Below are positions 21,195 through 30,747 of a stretch of 64,000 nt of DNA, piece after piece. The notes beneath the pieces were generated by a model that worked only from the letters and a program-made list of their open reading frames with translations, ran no database searches and was not told the DNA's origin. The stretch spans positions 3,776,001 through 3,840,000 of the forward strand of contig OZ253470.1 of NCBI GenBank assembly GCA_965261735.1, given 5' to 3'. Position 1 is the stretch's first letter. Each line of letters opens with the position of its first letter. The DNA is from Alphaproteobacteria bacterium (GTDB taxonomy: Bacteria > Pseudomonadota > Alphaproteobacteria > SHVV01). A program made the translations under genes and the position numbers.

Positions 21195-22742
21195 ACTCGT
21201 TTCTCCTGTTGTGGAAGTGGCGGGTGGTTTGATCCAGACGGCTTCGGGAAGCGGGGCGGGTTTCGGGGTGCCGTGGACGAAGCGTTCGGGGTGAAGGGCC
21301 CAGGCGGCTTGCAGGGTACGTCCGCGCTGAGCCAGCACATCCGGTGCCCAGTGATGATGGACATCATCGGGGGTGAGCATCGCGATCCCGGCATGGCGGT
21401 GTTCGGTGTTGTACCAGGGGAAGAACGACCGGCAGAAGGCGATGGCGGCGGTAATGTCTTCGAAGCGCCCAGGGAAGCCGGGGTGATACTTCAGGGTCTT
21501 GAACTGCGCTTCGGAGAACGGGTTGTCATCGCTGACCTGGGGGCGGCTCAGAGAGCGGGTGACCCCGAGGTCGGCGAGGAGTTGGGCGGTACACTTGCTG
21601 GTCATCGGCGCGCCGCGGTCCGAATGCAGGGTGAGCACCTGGGGCTCGATGCCTTGCTTGAGACAGGTTTCCTCGATCAGCGTCGCGGCGAGCGCGGCGT
21701 TCTCCCGATCGGCAACCATCCAGCCCACGACGCAGCGGCTGAAGATGTCGAGCAAGACATAGAGGTAGAAGGACGTCCAGCGTTTGGGCCCCCGGAGCCG
21801 GGTGATATCCCAGGACCAGGTCTGGTTGGGGCCCGTGGCCACCAGCTCGGGCTTGGTGTAGCAGGGATGACTGCGCTGATTGCGCCGCTCTCGCACCGGC
21901 TAGTTCGCGGCCAGGATCCGGTATATCGTGCGCTCGGCGCACAGATACTGGCCTTCATCGAGCAGCGTCGCGACGACCTCGGCCGGTGACCGGTCGACGA
22001 AGCGCGGGCTGGCGAGCACGTCGAGGACGTGCGCGCGTTCGGACGCACACAGGGCCCGGGCGGGCGTAGGACGGGGCTGCTGATGCCCGGGAGCGGGCCT
22101 CTGACGACGGTAGAAGGAAGCCCGTGGCACCCCCAGCGCTCGGCACGCCGGCGCCACGCCGACCTGCGATGCGAGCGGCTGGACGGCCATCAGCAGTCCT
22201 TCCCGTGTTCGAGGCTGAATCCCAGCAGCCCGGCAACTTTTCCCTGGACGTCCAGGATCGTATGGGCGGTGTGCAGCTCCTTCTCCAGCCGAGCCACTTT
22301 CGCCTCGAGCTCGTGCACCTTCGCGCTGAGGGGGTTGCGCTCGGCGGGCTTCCGACCGCGTTTGCTCGGGGTCAGGCCTTGAAGCGACCCTTCACGCCGC
22401 GCCCTGCGCCATTCCGTCAGATGGGAGCTGTACAGCCCCTCGCGGCGAAGCAGCCGGCCCACCTCGCCGGGCTGCGTGCAGCTCTCTGCCTCCTCCAGAA
22501 TCCGCAGTCGATACTGCGCGGTGAACTTGCGCCTCTTCGGCTTGGCCACGACCTCCGGGTCCGGCGTTGGCCGCGCGTGGCTGGCACCGGCCCCGGGGGC
22601 CTCGTCGCGACGCTCCTCGACCCCCAGGGCCGGAGCGTCCATCTCTTGCAATGTCATCGATTCTCTCTCTGCGGTCATTGGTATTCACCTCCACCGCCCT
22701 ACAGTAATTCCAAGGGGGGCCGGTGTCTCAGTGAGGTTGGCA
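21195..22742 (-). mobile_element. IS3-family element (orfA 22190-22678; orfB from 22190 with in-frame TAG at 21900-21902), right end removed by IS1595
   Basis: orfA KRRKFTAQY and LRREGLYSS; orfB WSWDIT, HSDRG and DNPFSEAQF; left IR TGCCAACCTCACTGAGACA. Confidence 0.9.
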
Positions 22743-22889
22743 GAGAGGGCGGTACTTGGCTCTGGGGATATGGTGGCGACGCGATGCGTGGAACTTGAAA
22801 GGCATGACAAACTCTCAAAGACGGAAGCGGAGCCAGATATACTAACCCTCAGGTCCATGCACCAAAGCCAACAGAGAGGGGTCGGCGGC

Positions 22890-24251
22890 ATGCCGGGTAA
22901 GCGCAAAGCCATATGGGGGTGGATGTTCTTTGACTGGGCGAACCAGCCTTTCCACACCCTTATCCTCACCTTTACCTTCGCTCCTTATTTTGTCTCAAAG
23001 GTTGCCGCCGATCCTGCTCAAGGCCAAGCCGCGTGGGGCTACGCGATCTCCATCGGCTCAATCGTCATCGCGCTGATGGCCCCTGTGCTTGGCGCCGTGG
23101 CTGATGCGCGCGGGCCGCGCCGTCCCTGGATTCTCATCTTCTCCGCCCTCTATGTCGTTGGCGCCGCCGGGCTCTGGGGCGCGACGCCGGGGTTGGCCGA
23201 TCTGACGCCGGTCCTGGCCTTCCTCGTCGTCGCCCTGATCGGGGCGGAGTTCACCAGCGTCTTCACCAACTCACTATTGCCGGAGCTTGGAACGAAGGGA
23301 GGAATCGGCCGCATCTCCGGCTCGGGTTGGGCGATGGGATATTGGGGAGGGCTCGTAAGCCTGGTTATCGTGCTCGGCCTGATGGCGCCGATCCCGGGGT
23401 CGGAAAAAACCCTTATAGGTCTCGAACCTATCTTAGGCCTCGACCCGGCGTATGGCGAGAGCGCCCGCGCCACCGGCCCGATGTCGGCGATCTGGTACGT
23501 CGTCTTCATGATCCCCTTCTTCCTTTGGACCCCCGACGCGAAGCGCCGGCTGCACGCCTCAAACGCCGTCGTTAAAGGATTGAGGGATCTGAAAAACACG
23601 CTCGTCACCCTGCCGTTGAAGACCAGCCTGTTCGCCTATCTCATGTCCTCGATGTTCTATCGCGACGCGCTGAGCGGGCTCTATATCTTTGGCGGTATTT
23701 ATGCCGCGGGCGTGCTGGGGTGGGGAACGTTTCAACTTGGTGTTTTCGGGATAGTCGCTGCACTCGCCGGTGCGGTCGGGGCCTGGATCGGCGGCCGGGC
23801 GGATCAGCGGCTCGGGCCGAAACCGGTGATCGTATTCACAACCCTGGCTCTGATGACCGTCTCGGCAGTCATCATCACAACCAGTACGAATGAGGTTCTG
23901 TTCATCGGCGTCGGCACCCCGGAGGCGCCATCGGCTTTACCCACTATCGTTTTCTATATCTGCGGGGCCGTTATCGGCGCAGCGGGCGGATCGCTTCAGG
24001 CGGCATCGCGAACCATGCTCGTGCGGCAGGCCGATGAAACGCGGATGACCGAAGCGTTCGGCATCTACGCACTGGCCGGCAAAGCGACATCCTTCCTCGC
24101 GCCACTCCTTATCGCGCTGACGACCGACCTCACCGGCAGCCAACGCATCGGCGTCACCCCGGTCCTGCTGCTCTTCCTTGTCGGACTCGTCCTGATGGCT
24201 TGGGTGCGCGCGGACGGCGAGGACGGCAAGCCATCGGATCGGGTGCGATGA
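22890..24251 (+). CDS. MFS transporter, UMF1/Atg22 family
   Basis: WMFFDWANQPF, GRISGSGWAMGYWGG and EAFGIYALAGK; many TM segments. Confidence 0.9.
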   Translation: MPGKRKAIWGWMFFDWANQPFHTLILTFTFAPYFVSKVAADPAQGQAAWGYAISIGSIVIALMAPVLGAVADARGPRRPWILIFSALYVVGAAGLWGATPGLADLTPVLAFLVVALIGAEFTSVFTNSLLPELGTKGGIGRISGSGWAMGYWGGLVSLVIVLGLMAPIPGSEKTLIGLEPILGLDPAYGESARATGPMSAIWYVVFMIPFFLWTPDAKRRLHASNAVVKGLRDLKNTLVTLPLKTSLFAYLMSSMFYRDALSGLYIFGGIYAAGVLGWGTFQLGVFGIVAALAGAVGAWIGGRADQRLGPKPVIVFTTLALMTVSAVIITTSTNEVLFIGVGTPEAPSALPTIVFYICGAVIGAAGGSLQAASRTMLVRQADETRMTEAFGIYALAGKATSFLAPLLIALTTDLTGSQRIGVTPVLLLFLVGLVLMAWVRADGEDGKPSDRVR

Positions 24252-24317
24252 TTAAGAGTCGGTTTCGAAAGTCATGCGGCTCGGGCCAATCTGCGGACGA
24301 GGAGCATGACGGAGGCG

Positions 24318-24417
24318 ATCGCGGGCGACACCTCTGCTCCAACCTATGCCGAGCTTTACTCGGGAGAGTGGTGGCACCCTACATGTAGCGGTCATGGGCG
24401 TTAACCGGATAGGCAAG
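24318..24417 (+). mobile_element. IS1595 type A right-end fragment
   Basis: Matches the last ~100 bp of other copies, including the IR. Confidence 0.9.
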
Positions 24418-24485
24418 GTTTGAACCTCCATCCGAAGGGGTAATAAGTCACCAGCACCAATACCCCAGCCAGCGTAAACGTTGTC

Positions 24486-24840
24486 GTGCGCAAGGCCAAG
24501 ACGCTTCGCTTGTATTCGCTTGACGCAGTCACACCTTCGCGGTCACGGGCGGCTGGACGGGGACGGCTCGCCGACGAAAGCGATCGTGAACTCGTGCTGG
24601 ATTGGTTTCGGGACTTCGCTGAGACAGTCGGCTTGCCCGCGCATCAGCGCGAAGCAATCCGCGACGAGGCGGCGGCGTTTCTGGAAGCCGGGACCGTCTA
24701 TGTCTGGGAGGACCGTGGCGACTGCCGCGCCATGGTGTCCCACACACCCGCGGGATTGGCGCCCGGGCGGATTCGTGCGGTGTACGCACCGCCGGGTTCT
24801 CGTGGGCACGGCTACGCGAGCGCGTGCGTGTGTTACGTCT
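24486..24840 (+). pseudogene. GNAT acetyltransferase fragment
   Basis: RIRAVYAPPGSRGHGYASA acetyl-CoA motif A; cut by IS1595 sequence. Confidence 0.75.
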
Positions 24841-24843
24841 GCC

Positions 24844-25811
24844 GCCGATGATGCGGCCTGCGCCGCCTACCTGGAGAAAGCCCGCTGGGGAGACGGCTTT
24901 GCCTGCCCGCACTGCGGCACGGCGGGAGAGCCGTTCCACTTTGAAAACCGCCCTGGCGTCCTGCGCTGCCGCAAGTGCCGCCAGAACACCGGGCTGACGG
25001 TGGGAACAGTGATGGAGCGTAGCCACACTCCGCTGGAACGTCTGGTTCTGGGCCGCTTATCTGGTCGCCAGTCAGACGCCCGGCATGTCCGCCGTGCAGT
25101 TTCAGCGGCAACTTGGTCTTTCGCGCTACGAGACGGCCTTTCAAATTCTCCACAAGCTCCGCTCGGGCATGGTGCGGCCCAACCAAGACAGGATCGGTGG
25201 ACAGCCCAAGAACCATGTTGAGGTGGACGAAACCTGGGTTGGCGGGCGAACGCGTGGGGAAGGCCGTGGTGTTCACCACAAGGTTCCCGTCTCCTGTGCC
25301 ATCGAGGTGCGTCATCGAAAGCCGGGCACCAAGCTCGACAACCGGAAAGACGGACGCTATGCCGGACGCGTTCGGCTCGCCGTCGTGCTCGACCGTAGCG
25401 CCGAGTCGCTCTGTGGGTTCGTCGAGAGCACCGTCGCGCCGCGATCGCTGATCGTTACTGACGATTGGAGCGGCTATGCTGGCCTCGGTAAGCGCGGCTA
25501 TGAGCACTTCGCTGTTGCCGAGTGTGATGATCCAGAGGTTGCCGAGCAATACCTGCCGATCATCCATCTGGTTTTCGCCAACCTGAAGACGTGGCTGATC
25601 GGTATCCACCACGGCGTTAGCCACCAGCACCTACAAGCCTACCTCAACGAGTTCACCTTCCGCTTCAACAGGCGGTTCTACCCGTTCAACGCCTTCCGCT
25701 CATTGCTCGGCATCGCGGGCGACACCTCTGCTCCAACCTATGCCGAGCTTTACTCGGGAGAGTGGTGGCACCCTACATGTAGCAGTCATGGGCGTTAACC
25801 GGATAGGAAAG
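24844..25811 (+). mobile_element. IS1595 type A copy lacking left end, +1 frameshift near 25035
   Basis: Begins inside the gene at DDAACAAYL; right IR AACCGGATAGGAAAG. Confidence 0.9.
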
Positions 25812-25881
25812 CATCGTTCATCGTCCAAAGGGTTGGAGCAGGCGCCCGTTCCAGTAAACGATGCATGAAGACTGTCGAGGC

Positions 25882-25938
25882 TGTTGTTAAGTGTGGAAAA
25901 TTGCCCCCCTATTGGGGGTGATCGGCGTCCAAAATTGG
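25882..25938 (+). mobile_element. Probable IS21-family end stub
   Basis: TGTTGTTAAGTGTGGAAAATTGCCCCC...ATCGGCGTCCAAAATTG resembles IS21 repeated terminal motifs. Confidence 0.5.
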
Positions 25939-25984
25939 ATCTGTCGCGATCTCGATGCTGTTAGTGGCCTATGCACGCGAGATG

Positions 25985-26119
25985 CCGGCGAACGGAGGCC
26001 AGATCGACGATCTGAAGGCCTCCCAGCGCCAGATGCAGGGATGCGCCGATCTGGATGTGCTCAGCGTCCGCCTTGTCGCTACTGTCCGAAGCCGCCGTCA
26101 TCGAGATTGAGTCAGACCC
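25985..26119 (+). mobile_element. ISL3-family 3' remnant
   Basis: GQIDDLKASQRQMQGCADLDVLSVRL resembles the ISL3 C-terminus EGQINRLK..KRQMYGRA..DLL..RL; end ...GATTGAGTCAGACCC. Confidence 0.55.
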
Positions 26120-26332
26120 AATATTCCACGCCGATCAACACCCGAGCCGCTGCGCTGGCCGAGTGGAGGCAACTTGCAGCATAGTGGTCCTCAACTGAAG
26201 GTTCTGCAGGTCCGAGCCCAGTTTGTCTGATGGTATGGACGCCCCCTACGGCTTCACGATGAGCCATACTGGAGTGTGTTGAACAACCCAGACAGAGGGA
26301 GCGTCCACGATGGATATTACGACAATTGGGTT

Positions 26333-27873
26333 CGCGATTATCAACTTGACACGTCACGCCTCAATCTCCATATGCAGGGGACAGGAGGAAATAATGACGA
26401 CTTTCTACGATTTTCAGCAGCAGTTTCCCGATGACGAGGCGTGCCTTCACCACATAATGGTGAAGCGTTACGGCGGCACCGAGATTGACTGCCCGAAGTG
26501 CGGGGCGCATGGGAAGTTCTACCGCCTGGCACGTGATCGCGCGTATCTCTGCCAGCACTGCAAACACCACATTTATCCGTGCGCAGGCACATTCATGCAC
26601 CGCACGCATCTGCCGCTTCACAAGTGGTTCTACGCCATAGTCCTGTTCACCACATCGCGCCACGGCGTCCCCGCGAAGGAACTGGAGCGCCAACTTGACG
26701 TGTCCTATCCCACGGCTTGGCGCATGGGCCATTTGATCCGCAAGCACATGGCTAATACTGACGGAGAGTGGCCGCTGGACGGCGATATTGAAGCCGACGA
26801 GACCTATGTTGGTGGCCGTACGACCGGTGGCAAGCGCGGTCGCGGCGCTCTGAACAAGACCGTGGTGTTCGGGATGCTGGAGCGCGACGGCGACGTGATG
26901 GCGAACGTTGTCCCGAACGTTCGAAAGCGGACTTTGCAGGCGTTTATCTCCGAGAACGTCGAGCCGGGTAGCACCGTTCATACTGACGAACTCAAGTCTT
27001 ACAGCGGATTGGCGACGATTGGGTATACGCACCAGACCGTCAACCACAGCGCGGGCCAGTACGCGCGCAGCTCTAGCCATGTGAACTCGATTGAGGGCTT
27101 TTGGGCGCGGTTGAAGCTGTCGATTCGCGGGACGCACGTTCATGTGTCCGGGAAGCACCTTCAGAAGTATGTGAAGGAGTTTGAGTATCGCTATAACCGC
27201 CGGAAGCGGCCTGGAACGATGTTTGGCGATCTGGTGGCCCGCTTCTAAGCATCCGGTCCAAGAGCGCATCGAAGCGTTGCCATGCGATCTCGGGCGGATA
27301 GGCATTGTCTTTATTCACCGCCCGCCTCCGATTGCATCTTTCCCCATAGGCGCCGAGCGCCGCGTATGTTCCGAACTCTCGCTTCAGCACCAAGGCGGAC
27401 GAGAAATCTGTGCCAGCCCGCAGTGATCCCCTTCCCTGTCACAGGTGGATGGGGAATACGTAATCCGTCTAAAGCTCTCGCTAGTTTGCGAACGTTTTCC
27501 TCATCACGCCCTTCTATTTCTACCTGCCCAATTCGGCCGGGGTTCACATACCATTCAAGACTGACCCGCACGCTGGTGAATTCATCGGTCATACCTCCCA
27601 AGCGATTGGATGGGCGGAAAAGCTGGTGCAGATGCCAGCTCATATAAATGAACGCCACACTGAACATGGCAGTGAAGGCGGCATATTCCGGTGTGCTCAA
27701 CTCCTTCAAGCCTCCGCCCCAAATCCATGAGACGACGCTCCATACGAGACCTCCGAAGAACAACAACCAGCCCAGAAGCCGCACCACGTACAGGGCCTTG
27801 CCCAGGAGAATCTTGCTCTGGTCCATGCCCGAAGCGTACTCGCCCGCCGTGACGTGTCAAGTTGATAATCGCG
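26333..27873 (+). mobile_element. IS1595-family element (type B) with passenger gene; transposase 26394-27248
   Basis: 26-bp IR CGCGATTATCAACTTGACACGTCACG; 8-bp TSD ATTGGGTT at 26325-26332 and 27874-27881; CPKC, EADETY, HTDE and NSIEGFW motifs. Confidence 0.95.
27311..27826 (-). CDS. IS passenger: two-TM membrane protein of unknown function
   Basis: 171 aa ORF inside the IS1595 IRs, convergent with the transposase, with two hydrophobic N-terminal segments. Confidence 0.65.
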   Translation of the reverse strand: MDQSKILLGKALYVVRLLGWLLFFGGLVWSVVSWIWGGGLKELSTPEYAAFTAMFSVAFIYMSWHLHQLFRPSNRLGGMTDEFTSVRVSLEWYVNPGRIGQVEIEGRDEENVRKLARALDGLRIPHPPVTGKGITAGWHRFLVRLGAEARVRNIRGARRLWGKMQSEAGGE

Positions 27874-28878
27874 ATTGGGTTTGATCTGGCAAAGACGGTG
27901 TTCCAGGTTCACGGTGCTGATGGTGAGGGACGACCGGTACTACGGCGGAAGCTGCGCCGCGGGAAGGTGCTGGCGTTCTTCGCCGGATTGCCATCCTGTC
28001 TTGTCGGTATGGAAGCCTGTGCCTCTGCGCACTATTGGGCTCGGGAACTGCAAGCACACGGGCACAAAGTTCAGCTGATTCCGCCTCAATACGTTCGTCC
28101 CTTCGTCAAAACGAATAAGAACGACGCAGCGGATGCGGAAGCGATCTGTGAGGCAGTGACGCGTCCGACGATGCGCTTTGCACCGGCGAAAAGCGCCGAG
28201 CAGCAGTCGGTTCTGATGCTGCACCGGGCCCGAGAGCTGTTGGTCCGTCAACGCACGATGGTGATCAATGCGCTGCGCGGCCACTGTGCGGAGTTCGGAC
28301 TGATCGTCGCTCAGGGGGCGTCGAAGGTGGAGGAACTGGTTGCCATCATCGAAGATCCCGGCGATGTGCGACTGCCGCCTCTGGCACGCGAGGCGCTTGG
28401 CTCTCTGGTTGAGCAGCTCCGCTCTGCTCAGGCCCGGATCAAGCAGCTGGAGGCGACACTTATGGCATGGCACCGCTCCAACGAGGCGAGCCGCCGGCTT
28501 GCGACGATCCCCGGCGTCGGTGTCATCACCGCGACGGCGCTGGTCGCGACGATCGGAGATGGCGCGCAGTTTCGCTCGGGCCGGCAGCTCTCGGCCTGGC
28601 TCGGTCTCGTGCCCCGACAACACTCGAGTGGCGGCAAGGACAGGCTGGGGCGGATCTCGAAGCGCGGGGATGGCTATATCAGGCGCTTGCTCGTGCATGG
28701 TGCGCGAAGCGTGCTGCGCTGGCGCCGCGCCAAGCCGGGCACGGGGCCTGGCTGGACCGACCGGCTCCTGGCGCGGCGGCCGACAAACGTGGTGCTGGTC
28801 GCCATGGCCAATAAGGCAGCCCGTGTCGCCTGGGCACTGCTCAGGTACGAGCGTATCTACCGACCGACACCGGCATAG

Positions 28879-29115
28879 CCAGCTGGCAAACCGGGATCAA
28901 ATTGCGAGGGTGACGACGATTTGATGGCGAAACAGGGTTCCACCCGAGATCGGCCAAACCCGAGGCATTGTCCGAGCATCAAGCTCGTTAGTCTGACTGG
29001 GCGTCGATCTTTCGGATTCCATCAGGGCCAGCGGTCAGCGTACCGCAGCGAAAAGGCCGGATACATGACTGCAAGCTCTACCGCCGATTCAAATCAGTTT
29101 TCCCCTTGCAACACC
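28879..29115 (+). ncRNA. Bridge RNA/seekRNA-encoding region of the IS1111 element (exact ends unknown)
   Basis: Guide segments GGCATTGTC (28964-72) and TTAGTCTGA (28988-96) match the target; CCATCA (29019-24) and ATACATGA (29061-68) match the donor junction; each pair brackets a hairpin. Confidence 0.85.
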
Positions 29116-29146
29116 GGGGGCGTCCATACATGACAATGCCCCGCCT

Positions 29147-29650
29147 CTACTCCACTTGCCCCGACGCCGTGATTTTGGCGGCGTTGTTGGGGGATTGCTC
29201 GATCTTGCGGACGACGTCCATGCCCTCGACGACATGGCCGAAGACGACATGCTTGCCGTCCAGCCAGGGCGTCGGCACAGTGGTAATGAAGAATTGCGAG
29301 CCATTGGTGCCCGGCCCGGAATTGGCCATTGAGAGCAGGCCCGGCCGGTCGTGGATGAGCGTGAATTTCTCGTCCTCGAACCGCGCCCCGTAGATCGACT
29401 TGCCGCCACGCCCGTCGCCGTTCGTGAAATCTCCGCCCTGGATCATGAAATCGGGAATCACGCGATGGAAGCGGGAGCCCGCATAGCCGAAGCCCGGCTC
29501 GCCGGTCGCGAGCTGGCGGAAGTTCTCGGCCGTCTTCGGCACGATGTCGTGGCGCAACTCCAGCACGATGCGTGCGGCCGGCTGGTCGTCGATCGCGATA
29601 TCGAAATAGATCTGCGGGTTTTTTTCCTGGGTGTCAGCCACGGCGAGTCC
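29147..29650 (-). CDS. Cyclophilin-type peptidyl-prolyl isomerase (native 5' end probably replaced)
   Basis: [41 protein letters not shown] and [10 protein letters not shown]. Confidence 0.9.
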   Translation of the reverse strand, partial: GLAVADTQEKNPQIYFDIAIDDQPAARIVLELRHDIVPKTAENFRQLATGEPGFGYAGSRFHRVIPDFMIQGGDFTNGDGRGGKSIYGARFEDEKFTLIHDRPGLLSMANSGPGTNGSQFFITTVPTPWLDGKHVVFGHVVEGMDVVRKIEQSPNNAAKITASGQVE

Positions 29651-29729
29651 CCCGGGGGTGCCGAGGCCGAAAACGAACGCCGCGGCAATGTATGTCACCC
29701 ATTGACGCACCGCGCTCCGCGCGCGCTCC

Positions 29730-29787
29730 ATCTTCTCCTTGGCCGGAAGTGTTGGCGATCTTCTCCTTGGCCGAAAGTGTTGGCGAT
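29730..29787. repeat. 28-bp tandem duplication
   Basis: atcttctccttggccg(g/a)aagtgttggcg x2; frameshifts the ORF that starts at 29825. Confidence 0.8.
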
Positions 29788-30059
29788 GTGGTTGTGTCTG
29801 GAGTTCCGTCGTCTTTGGCGTCCATGTCGTTTCATTATCCTTTTGCAAGAGTCGATGTCTGACGATCTCTACTATCCGCTTGACTATCATTTGTGTGATC
29901 TGAAGGTCAAAGGCGCCGCTTCGGATCCTTGGTATTGGAAACGCCGAGAACGATTCAGCCGGGATTTCCAATGTAGCACCGTTCAGCTTCGGCGGGCTCG
30001 ACGCCGACGGCCCGCCCGGCATCGCTGCGGAGGGCCACCGGCGGGCGCTCACCGGGCTG

Positions 30060-30747
30060 CTGCCGGCGGTGCGCGCCATCGCCGCCGGCCTCGCCGCCCA
30101 CTTTGTGCCGGGCACGCCGGTCTACGGCCGGCCGCTCCCGGATATCGATGCGCTGCTGATGCGCCAGGACCTCGCCGGGTCCTACGCGCGCGTGCTCGAC
30201 GACGCACTCGCCCGCGCCGCCACGGAAGAGCGCCAGGCGCTCGCCCGCGTGGTTGCCGAGGACGCCAGGGAAGCGAGCTGGATGGCGGTCGCCGGTTCTT
30301 CAACACCATTGCCCATCGCGCCGGCCTGTTCCAGGCCGCCGCCCACAACGTCCCCGCCGTGGCCCTGCCGACCCCCAGTCTTGCCGAATGGGCGCCGGCG
30401 GCGGATGCTGCCGTCAAGGGCGTGGCCGCCCAGCTCGCGCGCTCGCCCCATTACCATCCGATGCTGCTCTCCGCCGCGACCTCCGGCGCCGGCGCCCTGC
30501 CGTCGGCGGACGGAGATGGCGGCGGCATGGTCTCGGGCCTGCTGGAGTTCATCGACCTCGATAGCGTCATCGTCGCCGACAGCTACCGGCTCCGGCCTTT
30601 TCGAGTCCATCCCCTTCATCGGCAAGGGGCTCGATGTCTTCGAGTCCGCCTGGCAGGTCTCCGACGCCCTGGTCTCGACCCTGCTCGGCATCCTGATATT
30701 CGCCGGCGCCGTGCTGGCCTACGTACTGCCGGCGCTGCCCTTCATCC
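30060..30747 (+). pseudogene. DotA/TraY-like type IVB secretion membrane protein fragment
   Basis: SWM...FFNTIA and LIFAGAVLAYVLPALPFI recall DotA/TraY motifs; multiple frameshifts; cut by IS1595. Confidence 0.6.

Larger units (their letters stand above)
26310..28878 (+). pseudogene. IS110/IS1111 DEDD recombinase split after codon 7 (26310-26332 + 27882-28878)
   Basis: Removing the IS1595 and one TSD restores MDITTIGFDLAKTVFQVHG; GMEAC, KNDAADA and SSGG motifs intact. Confidence 0.93.
26228..29133 (+). mobile_element. IS110-family, IS1111-type element interrupted by a nested IS1595
   Basis: Perfect 14-bp subterminal IR GTATGGACGCCCCC (26233-26246) / GGGGGCGTCCATAC (29116-29129); core TGA at 26228-26230 and 29131-29133; long 3' non-coding end. 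Confidence 0.92.

Noticed and set aside
21900-21902. In-frame TAG in IS3 orfB as possible readthrough or recoding
   Set aside because: A simple CAG>TAG nonsense change in an already truncated element; TAG is a normal stop in core genes here.
22476-22889. Long N-terminal extensions in the ORF track (MFS 22476, AmtB 8372, SBP 3518, cyclophilin 30115)
   Set aside because: They run through IS or pseudogene DNA; RBS position or domain starts support shorter genes.
27301-27309. Second occurrence of GGCATTGTC, the target-guide 9-mer
   Set aside because: It lies in coding sequence of the nested IS1595 without the partner half-site or hairpin. It shows that a single 9-mer can arise by chance; the bridge RNA call rests on four matches in structured context.
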